The notes under the pieces: generated by a model
Database searches by the model: none
Told to the model about the DNA's origin: nothing
Seen by the model: only the letters and a program-made list of their open reading frames with translations
Position numbers and translations under genes: made by a program
Part shown: positions 9,014-18,808 of the stretch, one piece after another
Layout of the letters: the number at the start of each line of letters is the position of its first letter
Position numbering within the stretch: position 1 is the stretch's first letter
From: Escherichia coli
GTDB lineage: Bacteria; Pseudomonadota; Gammaproteobacteria; Enterobacterales; Enterobacteriaceae
NCBI GenBank assembly: GCA_023061495.1
Contig: GCA_023061495.1_3643.1
Reading direction: 5' to 3' (one strand)
Length of the DNA stretch: 64,000 nt

Positions 9014-9364
9014 TTACTGCAACAGTTTTTCAATAGCCGCTTCCATGCTGCTTGCAACAGCCTGAACTCGGATATTCATCTCTTCTTGGTGGATCAGCTC
9101 CTTAAGCTCTTTAATGGTAAATTCTTTAGAGAAACCTTCCACCATAATCTTGTGCAAGGCTTCTTGCGTGTCCACTTGCAAGAACTTTTCCAGTTTGTTG
9201 GCAGAGGCTTCTAAATCAGCCCGAATACGAGGGTCATCTGTGCGATTCAGCATCAGGCGTAAGCCATCAAGATTAGTAGAAATAGCGTCTGCATGTTGAG
9301 TAACTAACCGTGGCAAAATGAGATCTACAAACTTATTAGCCAAATCGATACGTTCTTGTGTCAC
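9014..9364 (-). CDS. hypothetical protein
   Basis: 116-aa helical-looking ORF; GTG start overlaps stop of small upstream ORF. Confidence 0.45.
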   Translation of the reverse strand: MTQERIDLANKFVDLILPRLVTQHADAISTNLDGLRLMLNRTDDPRIRADLEASANKLEKFLQVDTQEALHKIMVEGFSKEFTIKELKELIHQEEMNIRVQAVASSMEAAIEKLLQ

Positions 9365-9474
9365 TGTTGCACCCCCTCTTCATCCTCATGATGTTTCTTT
9401 TCACGCTTGTGTTTTTTCTTAAGCTCAAGCGCAATCTCTTTTTTGTACGCCTTCTTCAAGGCCTTTTTAGCCAT
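9361..9474 (-). CDS. putative 37-aa lysine-rich peptide (MAKKALKKAYKKEIALELKKKHKREKKHHEDEEGVQQ)
   Basis: found by hand; GGAGG RBS 5-6 nt upstream; preceded by promoter 9504..9533. Confidence 0.3.
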   Translation of the reverse strand: MAKKALKKAYKKEIALELKKKHKREKKHHEDEEGVQQ

Positions 9475-9503
9475 TTGGCACCTCCTCTGCTTTCATTACG
9501 CTA

Positions 9504-9533
9504 ATTATAACCAACTTAACAAGACTTTGTCAA
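9504..9533 (-). promoter_or_regulatory. sigma70-like promoter (TTGACA-N18-TATAAT)
   Basis: minus-strand -35 at 9533..9528, -10 TATAAT at 9509..9504. Confidence 0.55.
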
Positions 9534-9536
9534 CAA

Positions 9537-10028
9537 TTAGTCAACCTGAACCCAACCTCCTGCTACCTTTTTAAACATTCTTTGGTTATCGCTGCCTCGG
9601 AATGGTTTCTTGGTTGGTAAATCTTTTACATACTTTCCATCAATGACGATATCAGCCAGTTTAAGAACATCACTAGAGATATGCTCAAATGTGAACCCAG
9701 TATACACAAGAATAGTTTTCTTGTCACCAAACTTTTCCTTAATTCTCCTCATAAGGTCAATAATACCTGGCTCATTATAAGTAGCCAAAGGCTCTCCACC
9801 TAGTAAAGAAATACCGCATACAGAGTCATTGTCTAAATCCGACAAAATTTTCTGCAAATCTTCTTCGGTGAACTCTCTTCCTTTATCTTTTGACCAAAAT
9901 GCTTGATTAAAGCAACCAGGACAAGCATGTGGGCACCCAGATACCCACAAAGCTATCCTAATACCTGGTCCCTCGGTGTAAGATATCTCTGTATACCCGG
10001 CAATATTCATACATACTCCGCGTCGCAT
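9537..10028 (-). CDS. nrdG: anaerobic ribonucleotide reductase activating protein (radical SAM)
   Basis: CxxxCxxC cluster CPHACPGC near N-terminus; small size; adjacent to nrdD. Confidence 0.8.
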   Translation of the reverse strand: MRRGVCMNIAGYTEISYTEGPGIRIALWVSGCPHACPGCFNQAFWSKDKGREFTEEDLQKILSDLDNDSVCGISLLGGEPLATYNEPGIIDLMRRIKEKFGDKKTILVYTGFTFEHISSDVLKLADIVIDGKYVKDLPTKKPFRGSDNQRMFKKVAGGWVQVD

Positions 10029-10186
10029 TTAGGACAATGCCAAATAAAATCGTCCAGTGCCTTACACCAACGAAGATTGCAATGACAACCACACTTGCAA
10101 ATTTTATAAATACCTGATGACATACTGCACCTCCTAGCTCACTGTGTGTCAATAATATGCCACATCCTTGTGGCTTTTGTCAAGAA

Positions 10187-11446
10187 TCAGCAACCACAAC
10201 TTCCGTAGTGCTTAACTCGCTCGATAACTTCCGCTTGCTTACCTTTATTGTAAGGACGGGAGTTAGGGCTGGAAAGGTATCCAGACACACGTCGAATTAC
10301 ACTGATCGTTCCCTCTTCATGGTTTCCACACCCTGGGCATACAAAGCCTTTAGCTGTTGCACTGAACTCACCAGAGAAACCGCACTTGAGACATTTATCT
10401 ACAGGTTGGTTAATACCAAAATACATAATGTGTTTATATCCGAAATCAACAAGAGCTTCCAAAGCATCTAAGTTGTTTTTCAGATTTGGTGTCTCTATGT
10501 ACCCAATGTTGCCACCAGAGGAGATCATAGCAAAACCTTCCTCATACTTCCACTTATCAAAAGGCGAGCTATTGATCCATACTGGCTGATGGAAACTGTT
10601 GGTGAGGTATTCATGCTCGTGCTTCAACACTTCTGGGTATTCACGATCCAGACAGGTTGCAGCTTTATAGCATAAACTCTCAGAAGGTGTGCCGTACAAG
10701 CTAAATGCTAGTCCACTTTCCTTCTTGTATCGCTCACAAGCATCTTTCATGTGCTGAAGGATTCCAAGAGCTAAAGCCTTGTCACCCTCTCTGCCCAAAA
10801 TCTGACAGGTTTCATACACACCAATATACCCAATACTGATGGAAGCGTACCCGTCATAGAAGAGTTTATCGATACTCTCTTCAGGATCCAGGCGAGCAAG
10901 AGCTCCTTCACACCACATGATAGGGTTCTGCCCTGCCTTTGTTCCTTTTAGACGGTTAACCCTTACAAGGTGAGCCTCGTATGCAAGATCCAAGTATTCG
11001 TCAAGAACTGCAAAGAAATCAATACCTTCCGTCTTAGCTTTTGCCGCAATCATTGGTAGGTTAAGGCTAACAACACCCAAGTTGAATCTGCCAAGGTATT
11101 TTTCATCACCCTCCGGTGTAACATATTTGCCAAGGAACGACCTACATCCCATGCTTGTTACTTTGCCGTCTGTTGAACCTGTCACTTTACGATTTAGCGG
11201 AACAGAAACAAAGTCAGGATAAATCCGCTCTGCAGAGCATTCTAGGGCTAATCGTTTCAAATCGTAGTTAGGATCCCCAGGGTTCATGTTGACACCCTCC
11301 TCTAAGAAGAACAGCACTTTAGGGAACACAGGTGTGATCCGTTCTTCACCAAGACCCATTTTGTGAACTTTCAAGTAGTTTTTGGTAATCATTCTACCAA
11401 AGACCGAAGTATCCAGCCCTAAACTTAATGTGATGAATGGAGTCTG
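10187..11446 (-). CDS. nrdD: anaerobic ribonucleoside-triphosphate reductase, exon 2
   Basis: glycyl-radical motif RRVSGYL near C-terminus and Zn ribbon CLKCGF...CPGCG; 5' boundary inferred from intron splice logic (ORF track extends to a GTG at 11470). Confidence 0.75.
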   Translation of the reverse strand, partial: QTPFITLSLGLDTSVFGRMITKNYLKVHKMGLGEERITPVFPKVLFFLEEGVNMNPGDPNYDLKRLALECSAERIYPDFVSVPLNRKVTGSTDGKVTSMGCRSFLGKYVTPEGDEKYLGRFNLGVVSLNLPMIAAKAKTEGIDFFAVLDEYLDLAYEAHLVRVNRLKGTKAGQNPIMWCEGALARLDPEESIDKLFYDGYASISIGYIGVYETCQILGREGDKALALGILQHMKDACERYKKESGLAFSLYGTPSESLCYKAATCLDREYPEVLKHEHEYLTNSFHQPVWINSSPFDKWKYEEGFAMISSGGNIGYIETPNLKNNLDALEALVDFGYKHIMYFGINQPVDKCLKCGFSGEFSATAKGFVCPGCGNHEEGTISVIRRVSGYLSSPNSRPYNKGKQAEVIERVKHYGSCGC

Positions 11447-12244
11447 CTGTCTCCACCCCTGTGTTTCCACAGGGCCAGACTATCTCTTACTCTACTTCAA
11501 TAAGATAATAACCCTTTATTGTGAGATGCTTACCTTCGGCATTTCCTTCGATAGCCCTGTGGACGTTTCCTACGTTCAAATTTAAGGCTTTTGCACAGGC
11601 ATAGAGTGAAGGATATTCACCCACCAAGGTTTTCCCTTGGTATGCCTGCACTTTCCTGTAGCACTTGCCTGGACAAAGCCCTGTTCGGAAAGCATGTCTC
11701 TTATTATCTTCCGGCAAAACCCACTCTAGGTTAGACGGATGATCATTCAATGTATTGCCATCTTTATGATTCACTTCCCAGTTTTCAGGGTCTTCTGGGA
11801 CATCTGGCAAACAATACAAGGCAACAACCCTTGAAGTTTGGATTCGAATCTTTTTACCTTTGTGGTTGAAAGAATACATATAGCGGCGTTTAACATGCTT
11901 GTTACCTTTTCCATAACCTCCCCACAATATGGGGTGCAGCATTCCACGTTTTCCGTATACGTTTCCCACCTCATCAATCACATAGTTTGATTCTTCACCA
12001 TTAAGAATGATCTTTTTCATAGAGTCTCTCCCTTTCGAAGTTAGTATTTCAACTAACCCCTACACTACTCGGTTCAGAAATGTTTGTCAAGCATCTCTGC
12101 CTTTCGTTAGTCGTTACAACCGTTCCAACTCCTGTAAGAACTAGTCACGGGATTGGCATAGCTTTCGCCTTAGCGTTCCCCGTTAGCCGGATTCACCGAC
12201 CCCTCTTATGAGGTTAGGAGAGTTTTACAACGGCCAGTTTGTTA
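11447..12244 (-). mobile_element. group I intron interrupting nrdD, carrying an HNH homing endonuclease ORF
   Basis: nrdD frame stops at TAA 12244..12242 immediately after exon end CAACGGT; intron-internal GCCGTTG (12234..12228) can pair with exon CAACGGU to form P1 with a U-G pair at the splice site; about 220 nt non-coding 5' of the HNH ORF; 3' boundary approximate. Confidence 0.6.
11487..12020 (-). CDS. HNH homing endonuclease (intron-encoded)
   Basis: HNH motif WEVNHKDGNTLNDHPSNLEWVLPEDNKRH; sits between the two nrdD halves. Confidence 0.8.
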   Translation of the reverse strand: MKKIILNGEESNYVIDEVGNVYGKRGMLHPILWGGYGKGNKHVKRRYMYSFNHKGKKIRIQTSRVVALYCLPDVPEDPENWEVNHKDGNTLNDHPSNLEWVLPEDNKRHAFRTGLCPGKCYRKVQAYQGKTLVGEYPSLYACAKALNLNVGNVHRAIEGNAEGKHLTIKGYYLIEVE

Positions 12245-13105
12245 ACCGTTGACAGAAGTTAACGTATTGATTTGGTAGAGCAAAGTTTGCATACTATCAA
12301 ACACGTCTTTATCTGTCATTTGCATTGCAACAGTCTCAGCATCTGGCAACCAATGTTCCTGACAAAATTTAAGGTTCTTCTCATAGGTTGCTTCAGCATA
12401 CTGTGCCAGATAATGATCAATATGGCTCATGGTCTGACCACCATATTGAGCACTAGCTACTGCACTAGAGATTTGGCTAAGGATTGTTGTTGCAACCCCT
12501 ATTGACTTCGGCTTACTGACATGGGCGTTACCAATGTTGAATCCGTTTTCCAGCATATCAGGATAATTTACCAAACAACAGTTTGTTAACGGACTGATCA
12601 GGTAGTCAAGATCATGCACATGGATGAAGCCTTTGTTGTGCTCTTCGGAGACACGGTCTGGCAGGATCTGTGTTGATGCAAGATGTTTGCTAAGGATGCC
12701 TGCAAGCAGGTCACGATGAGTATGAACATGATTAGTAGGCTTATTTGCGTTTTCTTTTGTAAATTCATCACAAGTGCGATCCAAGAAGCCGCTAATATCT
12801 GCAAGCAGTTTTCCACCTGCCTCTCTGTTATTATCTCTTGTCTGTCTATACTGGATGTATTCTCTGGCTGCACATTTTAAACCCATATCCATAAGAGCAT
12901 CTTCAACAAGGATATGGATATTTTTTACAGAGATCGTGCACTGGTCGGTTGGCAGATTGTTGGCAACAACTTCATTAACCGCGCAGGCAATCCGGTAAGC
13001 TTCTTCTTCAGTATGTCCAGACTCAAGTAAGGCGGACTCTGCCGCCTTGATCACCTTAATTCCGTTATAAAACTCTTCTCTACCGTCCCGTTTTACAACT
13101 TTCAC
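12245..13105 (-). CDS. nrdD: anaerobic ribonucleoside-triphosphate reductase, exon 1
   Basis: N-terminal cone-like region and NrdD-like motif FIHVHDLD; ends at the intron 5' splice site. Confidence 0.8.
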
Positions 13106-13380
13106 TTTTTCTCTCCAAAACCATTCTTAACAAAAGAGATAAAATCGTCAGCACCACCTATGTGGATACTGTCAAGGTTGCTTTCCAAGAAGATCTGAGG
13201 CAACGTTCTGGGAACAAATGGGCTACACTTCTCGATAAGCTCTTCTTTTGTGTATCCTTCACCTAGCGTCTTGTATACGAAAGGTATGCCTTTGCTGACT
13301 GCAAATTCTTTTGCTCTTACACAATGTGGGCAGTTATCCTTACCGTAAATGATGATGAAAAAAGATTTTTCGCAGCTCAT
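13102..13380 (-). CDS. glutaredoxin/thioredoxin-like protein (NrdC/NrdH-like)
   Basis: redox motif CPHC in YGKDNCPHCVRAKEF; sits between nrdB and nrdD. Confidence 0.7.
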   Translation of the reverse strand: MSCEKSFFIIIYGKDNCPHCVRAKEFAVSKGIPFVYKTLGEGYTKEELIEKCSPFVPRTLPQIFLESNLDSIHIGGADDFISFVKNGFGEKK

Positions 13381-13383
13381 ATA

Positions 13384-14472
13384 TTAAAACTCCCAAATTT
13401 CTTCTTCAGCGTCGTTAACAGTTGTGTTGACGCGGTAGTCAGTGTTCGACATTTCTTGGTTCGCCGTCTGTTGCAATGAAGGTTTCATCCACACCTGCAT
13501 AAACGGTAGCGGGTCCTTTGTTGGCGGCACAAAGTCTTTGTCGATGTCGTAATAATCATAAATCGGTGAGCAGTTATAGTCAACCCATTCTTTAAGCAAC
13601 GGTGAATTAAGACCTATAATCGCTCTTCCTTCGCTGAAAATATAGTCACTCCAACCGTACTCCTTGGTCCGCACTTCGTCAAGAATTTCTTTTAACTCAC
13701 CCTTAATCTCAAGAAAGCTTTGCTCCCATGCAGGATCATCAAGCAGGATATCGATGATAGCAAAATCACCTTTCGAATGCAGCATTTCATCAAGCATAAT
13801 TTTTTGAACAAGTTGTGCCACTTGAACAAAAATACCTTGCTCAGCTACTGCGAACGTACATGCAAAACTTGCAATAAACTCAATACTTTCTAGGGCTAAA
13901 AGTGCAAAAAGTGCTCTAAGGATACATTTCCGTACAACATCTTCTTCAACACTGGAAGGATCCAGTCGGTATTTTGCACCAATAACCTCAAGCTCTTGCA
14001 TATATTTGACAATAACTCCAGATCTGCTCAGCACGTTCTGGTTTTCCTGAATCTCTTCTATAATCTCGCGAGCATTAGGAAGGCATTGTCTAACAATCTC
14101 TGAGTAAGTTAGTGCATGAAGAACCTCAATCTCAGACTGCTTCATCAACAAGGTGAAAAGTTCACTGTTGGTGATAAATGGTGAAAACAGACAAATGATA
14201 GACCTTGCTGCAACACTGTCTGCCTCCCATTGCCACATCAGTGTCTGCACCATCACATCGTAAGTTGACTTTGAGCATGTTACGAAATCAGAAATAGACT
14301 GTGACAAATCTACTTCGTCCTCTGCCCAATCTTGTTCTTTTTGTTTTTTGTATAGTTCAAACAGCTGTGGGTACTTTTTGTTAATAGAGTCGTACATCCC
14401 CATCTGCTGTCCTAAAAACAGCGGATAATCACCAGTTTTATGAGCAGTGTTCTCAGTATTAAATACAGCCAT
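13384..14472 (-). CDS. nrdB: ribonucleotide reductase class I beta subunit
   Basis: size and position directly downstream of nrdA; conserved acidic C-terminal tail (EEEIWEF). Confidence 0.8.
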   Translation of the reverse strand: MAVFNTENTAHKTGDYPLFLGQQMGMYDSINKKYPQLFELYKKQKEQDWAEDEVDLSQSISDFVTCSKSTYDVMVQTLMWQWEADSVAARSIICLFSPFITNSELFTLLMKQSEIEVLHALTYSEIVRQCLPNAREIIEEIQENQNVLSRSGVIVKYMQELEVIGAKYRLDPSSVEEDVVRKCILRALFALLALESIEFIASFACTFAVAEQGIFVQVAQLVQKIMLDEMLHSKGDFAIIDILLDDPAWEQSFLEIKGELKEILDEVRTKEYGWSDYIFSEGRAIIGLNSPLLKEWVDYNCSPIYDYYDIDKDFVPPTKDPLPFMQVWMKPSLQQTANQEMSNTDYRVNTTVNDAEEEIWEF

Positions 14473-14485
14473 TATTCTACCTCTA

Positions 14486-14507
14486 AAATGGGGCCGAAGC
14501 CCCTTTT
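14486..14507. terminator. intercistronic hairpin GGGGC-CGAA-GCCCC between nrdA and nrdB
   Basis: 5-6 bp GC stem with CGAA tetraloop flanked by A-run and T-run; could act as attenuator or processing site. Confidence 0.35.
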
Positions 14508-14510
14508 AAA

Positions 14511-16826
14511 TTACAGTGCACAACTTTCGCAATACGGATCTTCAACTGAACTATCTGCAATCAAAGGATAGTTCTTTCTGGTTTCATCTTCAGCCTGTTT
14601 CTTCGCGTGAAGCTCCTCTGTCAAAGAGTCACCAGCACCAACCCGAGAGTTTAAGTAATACCATGTCTTCATCCCGAATTTAGTAGCACGGATAAGATAC
14701 CCAAGCTGCTCCTTCATTGAAATTTTACCATCTTTCAACTTGGTGTAATCAATATATAGGTCAGCACTGATTGCCTGTCCTGTGAATTTTTGAATCACAG
14801 CATACATATCAATCATGTCGTTAGTATCAACGTCCCAAGCCGAGGTATAATACTCTTTCAGTTCATCATATTCAGGAACGATAAACAGCACCTGCCCTTG
14901 TGGCGACTTTTTAAAGATAATGTGCTCACGGACAGGATAAACCCCGTTAGTTGTGTTTGTTGCCAACGAGGAGCTTTCATTAGGCATATATGCTTCAAGA
15001 ACGCTATTACGTAGTCCACCGTTTTCAATAATTTCTTTACGTAACCCTTCCCAATCCTGCTTAAGAGAAGGATCTTTCACCACACTATCGACCTCTTTGT
15101 TATAAGTGTCGATTGGTAACCAACCCTCTGGGTATTTTGTTTTATGCATCCACTCGCAGACACCACGCTCTTTTGCCAATCGTAAACTTGCCTTATGCAA
15201 GCTGTAGCTGTGAAGCTCTGCAAGATCGTGAACAAGCTGTTTACTTTCAGGAGACCCGTAAGCAACCTTGTGGCTGGCAATAAAATGTGCAATATTGGTA
15301 AGGCCAACCCCGATGGATCTGCGTTTTTTAACAGTGCTCTCCATATTTTCATACGGATATGTCATGATTTCCATAACATTGTCAATCATAAGCACAGTGT
15401 AGTATGCAACATCCTCATACTCCTCTGGGGTAACCCTTCCAGCTACAAGGGATGATAGGAAGCACAATGCAACCTCACCATCATCAGCATCGTACTTGAA
15501 GATATTACGCATATCTGAATAGCCTTTTGTCGGAAGGGCTATCTCTGCACACAGATTACTTGAATAGATTACATCTTTAAAAGGTGTATGCCTATTCATC
15601 TCATCTGTCCAGTACACATACAGCCTGCCTACCTCGGTACGCTGCGTGATCAGTTCAACAGCAAGGTCTCTAGCACGGATCCATGTTTTAGGAATGCTGT
15701 CATCTTTAGCGATACGATCAACCTCTGCATCAAACTCCTCCATAGACATGGTGAAGATACCCTCGTGCAGTTGAGGTGCGTGCTTATAAGAAACAAGCAT
15801 CCAATCTAAATTCTTAGCCACACGGTTGATAAATGATCTATTAATACCTATAGAGTAGTCCATAGTGTTGATTCTTTTTGAAGCAACAGTCATAGGGTTT
15901 CTCAAACGGATCAGTTCATCAATCTGTGGATCTAGCGCAAGGAATGATACCGTTGCCGAACCTCCGCGTGATTGTTGTCTATTCTCCTTAACCCCAGCAT
16001 CAATGCCTCGATAATATGGAAGCTTACCCATATGTTTAATAGTGTTACCACGAACACCATCACCTGCAGATCTTGATGATAGATAGTAGCCAATACCTGC
16101 TTGGTTAACCGTCATTGTGTACGCAACTTCACGTGCCACACCAATAGATTTTGCTGTATCGTCCGCTCTTATTACGCAACAAGATGCATACCCTGTCTTA
16201 CCTGTGCGTAGACCGTTTAAGTACGGTGTCGGGGCATTAATCTTCAAGTCCGACAGATAAGTGTATAATTTTACAACATCGTTGATACGACGTTCTTTCG
16301 GCATATTCTTCATGACAGCCATTGCTATCCCCATAAACATCATCTGGGGAGATTCAAACAGGGTGTCTTTAAGAGTATCCTTGATCCCGTATTTGTCGCG
16401 AAACTGTTTAAGGACTGCATAGCCATAACCGAGATCTTTACTGTGATCAATAACAGCGTCTAAAGTGTTTAACTCGGTAAAGCTATAACCCATATCCTCC
16501 CAATACCCTTTATCAACCATGGTATTGTAAAATGAGGGTAAGGAAGGGATCTTTGTAAATCCTCCAAAAGCCTCTTTATAAATCTGACCGATAAGAACAC
16601 GACCAGCCATACGAGAATGGGCTTCGTCTTTACGGCTAACACAGGAGTCTATGATAGCTTGGTTAACTTCTTTGGTTGTACACCCATCATACAGCCGTTT
16701 GTATGCATCAAGTGCAATATGTGACCAATTGCCGTTACCGTCGTCACCGAAAATAGCTGCCTTATTTAAACGTTCTGGATCGAATGCCGCTTCACATCCG
16801 TTGCTTTTAATTACCTTGGTGATCAA
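14511..16826 (-). CDS. nrdA: ribonucleotide reductase class I alpha subunit
   Basis: 771 aa; active-site motif NLCAEIALP; C-terminal cysteine pair CESCAL. Confidence 0.9.
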   Translation of the reverse strand: MITKVIKSNGCEAAFDPERLNKAAIFGDDGNGNWSHIALDAYKRLYDGCTTKEVNQAIIDSCVSRKDEAHSRMAGRVLIGQIYKEAFGGFTKIPSLPSFYNTMVDKGYWEDMGYSFTELNTLDAVIDHSKDLGYGYAVLKQFRDKYGIKDTLKDTLFESPQMMFMGIAMAVMKNMPKERRINDVVKLYTYLSDLKINAPTPYLNGLRTGKTGYASCCVIRADDTAKSIGVAREVAYTMTVNQAGIGYYLSSRSAGDGVRGNTIKHMGKLPYYRGIDAGVKENRQQSRGGSATVSFLALDPQIDELIRLRNPMTVASKRINTMDYSIGINRSFINRVAKNLDWMLVSYKHAPQLHEGIFTMSMEEFDAEVDRIAKDDSIPKTWIRARDLAVELITQRTEVGRLYVYWTDEMNRHTPFKDVIYSSNLCAEIALPTKGYSDMRNIFKYDADDGEVALCFLSSLVAGRVTPEEYEDVAYYTVLMIDNVMEIMTYPYENMESTVKKRRSIGVGLTNIAHFIASHKVAYGSPESKQLVHDLAELHSYSLHKASLRLAKERGVCEWMHKTKYPEGWLPIDTYNKEVDSVVKDPSLKQDWEGLRKEIIENGGLRNSVLEAYMPNESSSLATNTTNGVYPVREHIIFKKSPQGQVLFIVPEYDELKEYYTSAWDVDTNDMIDMYAVIQKFTGQAISADLYIDYTKLKDGKISMKEQLGYLIRATKFGMKTWYYLNSRVGAGDSLTEELHAKKQAEDETRKNYPLIADSSVEDPYCESCAL

Positions 16827-17131
16827 TTTGCTTCCTCCACTTCATCAACGTATTTATCAAGGCAGGTATCAGTGTCTTGTTGGATAAAAGTATCCTCTTC
16901 TACAGAGATATTTATAATTTTACCTGTATATTCATCATAATAAACATCATCATACATTTTAATATCGTTTGTCAGACCGTTGAACCAAAGCCAACCAACA
17001 TACTCTGCCCGACTTGCAAAACCAAGATCCTTCCACTTGGAGTTATGACTCATCTTCACCACCTTAGCTTTCAATACCGAATAATTTTTCCAGGCGATGC
17101 AGATCTTCAAAATTGAAAGGTTCATCAACAA
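16823..17131 (-). CDS. hypothetical protein
   Basis: 102-aa ORF with start overlap to nrdA. Confidence 0.45.
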   Translation of the reverse strand: MLMNLSILKICIAWKNYSVLKAKVVKMSHNSKWKDLGFASRAEYVGWLWFNGLTNDIKMYDDVYYDEYTGKIINISVEEDTFIQQDTDTCLDKYVDEVEEAN

Positions 17132-17564
17132 TATGAATATCTTCAGCCTTTTCAGATTGTTTTGTATACTTTCTCACATTAACACGATCTTCTACGGGGA
17201 TATCATACGGAAGATCTTGAACAAGCATTGCCTCACCGGGTGCTTTATCTACATCTAAAATATCTACACCGTTATACATCTGCGGGTATCTAAAGTCTGC
17301 ACGCATGACACCAGCAAATACATCTGCCTTTCGATAATGGGTTGGCTTATTTTTGCATCGAACGTTTTTTCCACGAAGAACATCAATATTTTTTAAATCA
17401 AACCCTACAGCAAAGAGTGCAGCTCGGAGACCGTTTCGTGTGCGAACGTTAAATCCGGGAACAGTAGATAGGAAGTCTAAAGTAACTGAAATAAATGTCT
17501 TTTTAGGAATCATAACATTACTCATATCTGTCTCCATTTCTGGCTCACCAACAAAGTGAGCCAT
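17064..17564 (-). CDS. hypothetical protein
   Basis: 166-aa ORF downstream of consensus promoter 17566..17594; no confident motif. Confidence 0.45.
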   Translation of the reverse strand: MAHFVGEPEMETDMSNVMIPKKTFISVTLDFLSTVPGFNVRTRNGLRAALFAVGFDLKNIDVLRGKNVRCKNKPTHYRKADVFAGVMRADFRYPQMYNGVDILDVDKAPGEAMLVQDLPYDIPVEDRVNVRKYTKQSEKAEDIHIVDEPFNFEDLHRLEKLFGIES

Positions 17565-17565
17565 T

Positions 17566-17594
17566 ATTATAGACTATCTAATACTATTAGTCAA
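17566..17594 (-). promoter_or_regulatory. sigma70-like promoter (TTGACT-N17-TATAAT)
   Basis: minus-strand -35 at 17594..17589, -10 at 17571..17566; preceded by palindrome CCTATC-N-GATAGG. Confidence 0.55.
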
Positions 17595-17623
17595 CACAAA
17601 AGTTACCTATCGCTGTGATAGGA

Positions 17624-18607
17624 TTAACCTTTCATGAAGTGGTTATTAAGCAGCTGTCTGTGCTGAACCCACCCACAAAAGTTGGCAGACCAGAATTTAC
17701 CATCACGGTCTTGATGGGTTACACCTTCCTGCCAAACACAGCTGTCCTGTGTGATTTCACATGAAGACAGGTAGTAGTTTAAACGTTCCATCGCGTTATC
17801 GTGATCCATAGGTGTTGCCTGGTGCTCGTAAGGGCTTGCATGAATACGATCCCCACCAATCAATTTTTTAGCCACACTGTCTGCCTTTTCAAACGTGCTG
17901 TCAATATTTCGATAAGATACTTGTGCACAGCAACTAGCACTAATAGACAGAGCTTCTTTAGTATCGAGAATGCAGAGCTTTCCTTCTGTGTCACGTACAG
18001 CGTAGTTAAACTCTCCGTCCAAATAAACATGCTCTACATATGGGGTGTGCCATTGACCCGGTTTAAGGATTTCAGGAGTGCTATTCATAATAGCATCCTG
18101 CATGCAATTAGCCAACATCTGAATCGTAGGATCCGCATCGTGCCAGCAACGCAGGTGGAAAAAATTATTCCACTCGGTGCTTGTTACAACTGTTTTCATG
18201 CGCTGAAACGGCTCTACTAAGCGGTTACATACTTGCTTATGGTAACCAGCAAGGGCGAACTTCTCTGCATGCCAAGCGGCGTTTTTTGCAGCTTCTTTCC
18301 AAAACTCTTCAGGGGTCATCTCCATGTCAGTGTATTCTACACGGATCTTTTGATCGTGTTCCCCTCCATCTTCCATTCCTCGCTTATTTACACCGAAGCG
18401 AACTGGCATTGCCGGATTCTCCACAATTTGCTGCAGCATCTTGCTGACAGGTACTGCACGAGAAGACATAGCGTTTCGGCTGAACATTCGATGTGTCATA
18501 AGCTCTGAGTGAATAATTCGAGGATATTCTAGCTCAAAAGTAGTGATACGCTTACCTTTCTCGGAAATGCTGTCGGCAATAATCTTTGCAGTGCACAGTT
18601 TTAGCAT
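17624..18607 (-). CDS. thyX: flavin-dependent thymidylate synthase (ThyX-like)
   Basis: ThyX-type signature HRMFSRNAMSSR (RHR-x7-S-x-R pattern). Confidence 0.65.
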   Translation of the reverse strand: MLKLCTAKIIADSISEKGKRITTFELEYPRIIHSELMTHRMFSRNAMSSRAVPVSKMLQQIVENPAMPVRFGVNKRGMEDGGEHDQKIRVEYTDMEMTPEEFWKEAAKNAAWHAEKFALAGYHKQVCNRLVEPFQRMKTVVTSTEWNNFFHLRCWHDADPTIQMLANCMQDAIMNSTPEILKPGQWHTPYVEHVYLDGEFNYAVRDTEGKLCILDTKEALSISASCCAQVSYRNIDSTFEKADSVAKKLIGGDRIHASPYEHQATPMDHDNAMERLNYYLSSCEITQDSCVWQEGVTHQDRDGKFWSANFCGWVQHRQLLNNHFMKG

Positions 18608-18807
18608 TATTTAGCTCTCCTTGTTTTAATTTTGGAAATTTCGTCTGGGTTTATGTTGGCCTTAAATGCAAGGTATCTGTTAAACATATCGGAGCACATA
18701 TCTTGGGTGATCCTAGAGGCGTACACCAGCTTACCACCCAGATCATACACCTCTAGCCAGTCACCGTATCTGACTACAGGATCGCCACCTTTAGAACATC
18801 TGCCCAT
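18607..18807 (-). CDS. hypothetical small protein
   Basis: 66-aa ORF, ATGA-type coupling to neighbours. Confidence 0.4.
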   Translation of the reverse strand: MGRCSKGGDPVVRYGDWLEVYDLGGKLVYASRITQDMCSDMFNRYLAFKANINPDEISKIKTRRAK

Positions 18808-18808
18808 T

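Noticed and set aside
14790-16887. Plus-strand ORFs within nrdA (14790..15014, 15195..15455, 15588..15809, 16651..16887)
   Set aside because: Antisense to nrdA, which has unambiguous RNR motifs
17064-17564. Possible dUTPase or dCTP deaminase assignment for this ORF
   Set aside because: I could not find the conserved dUTPase motifs; left as hypothetical rather than guess
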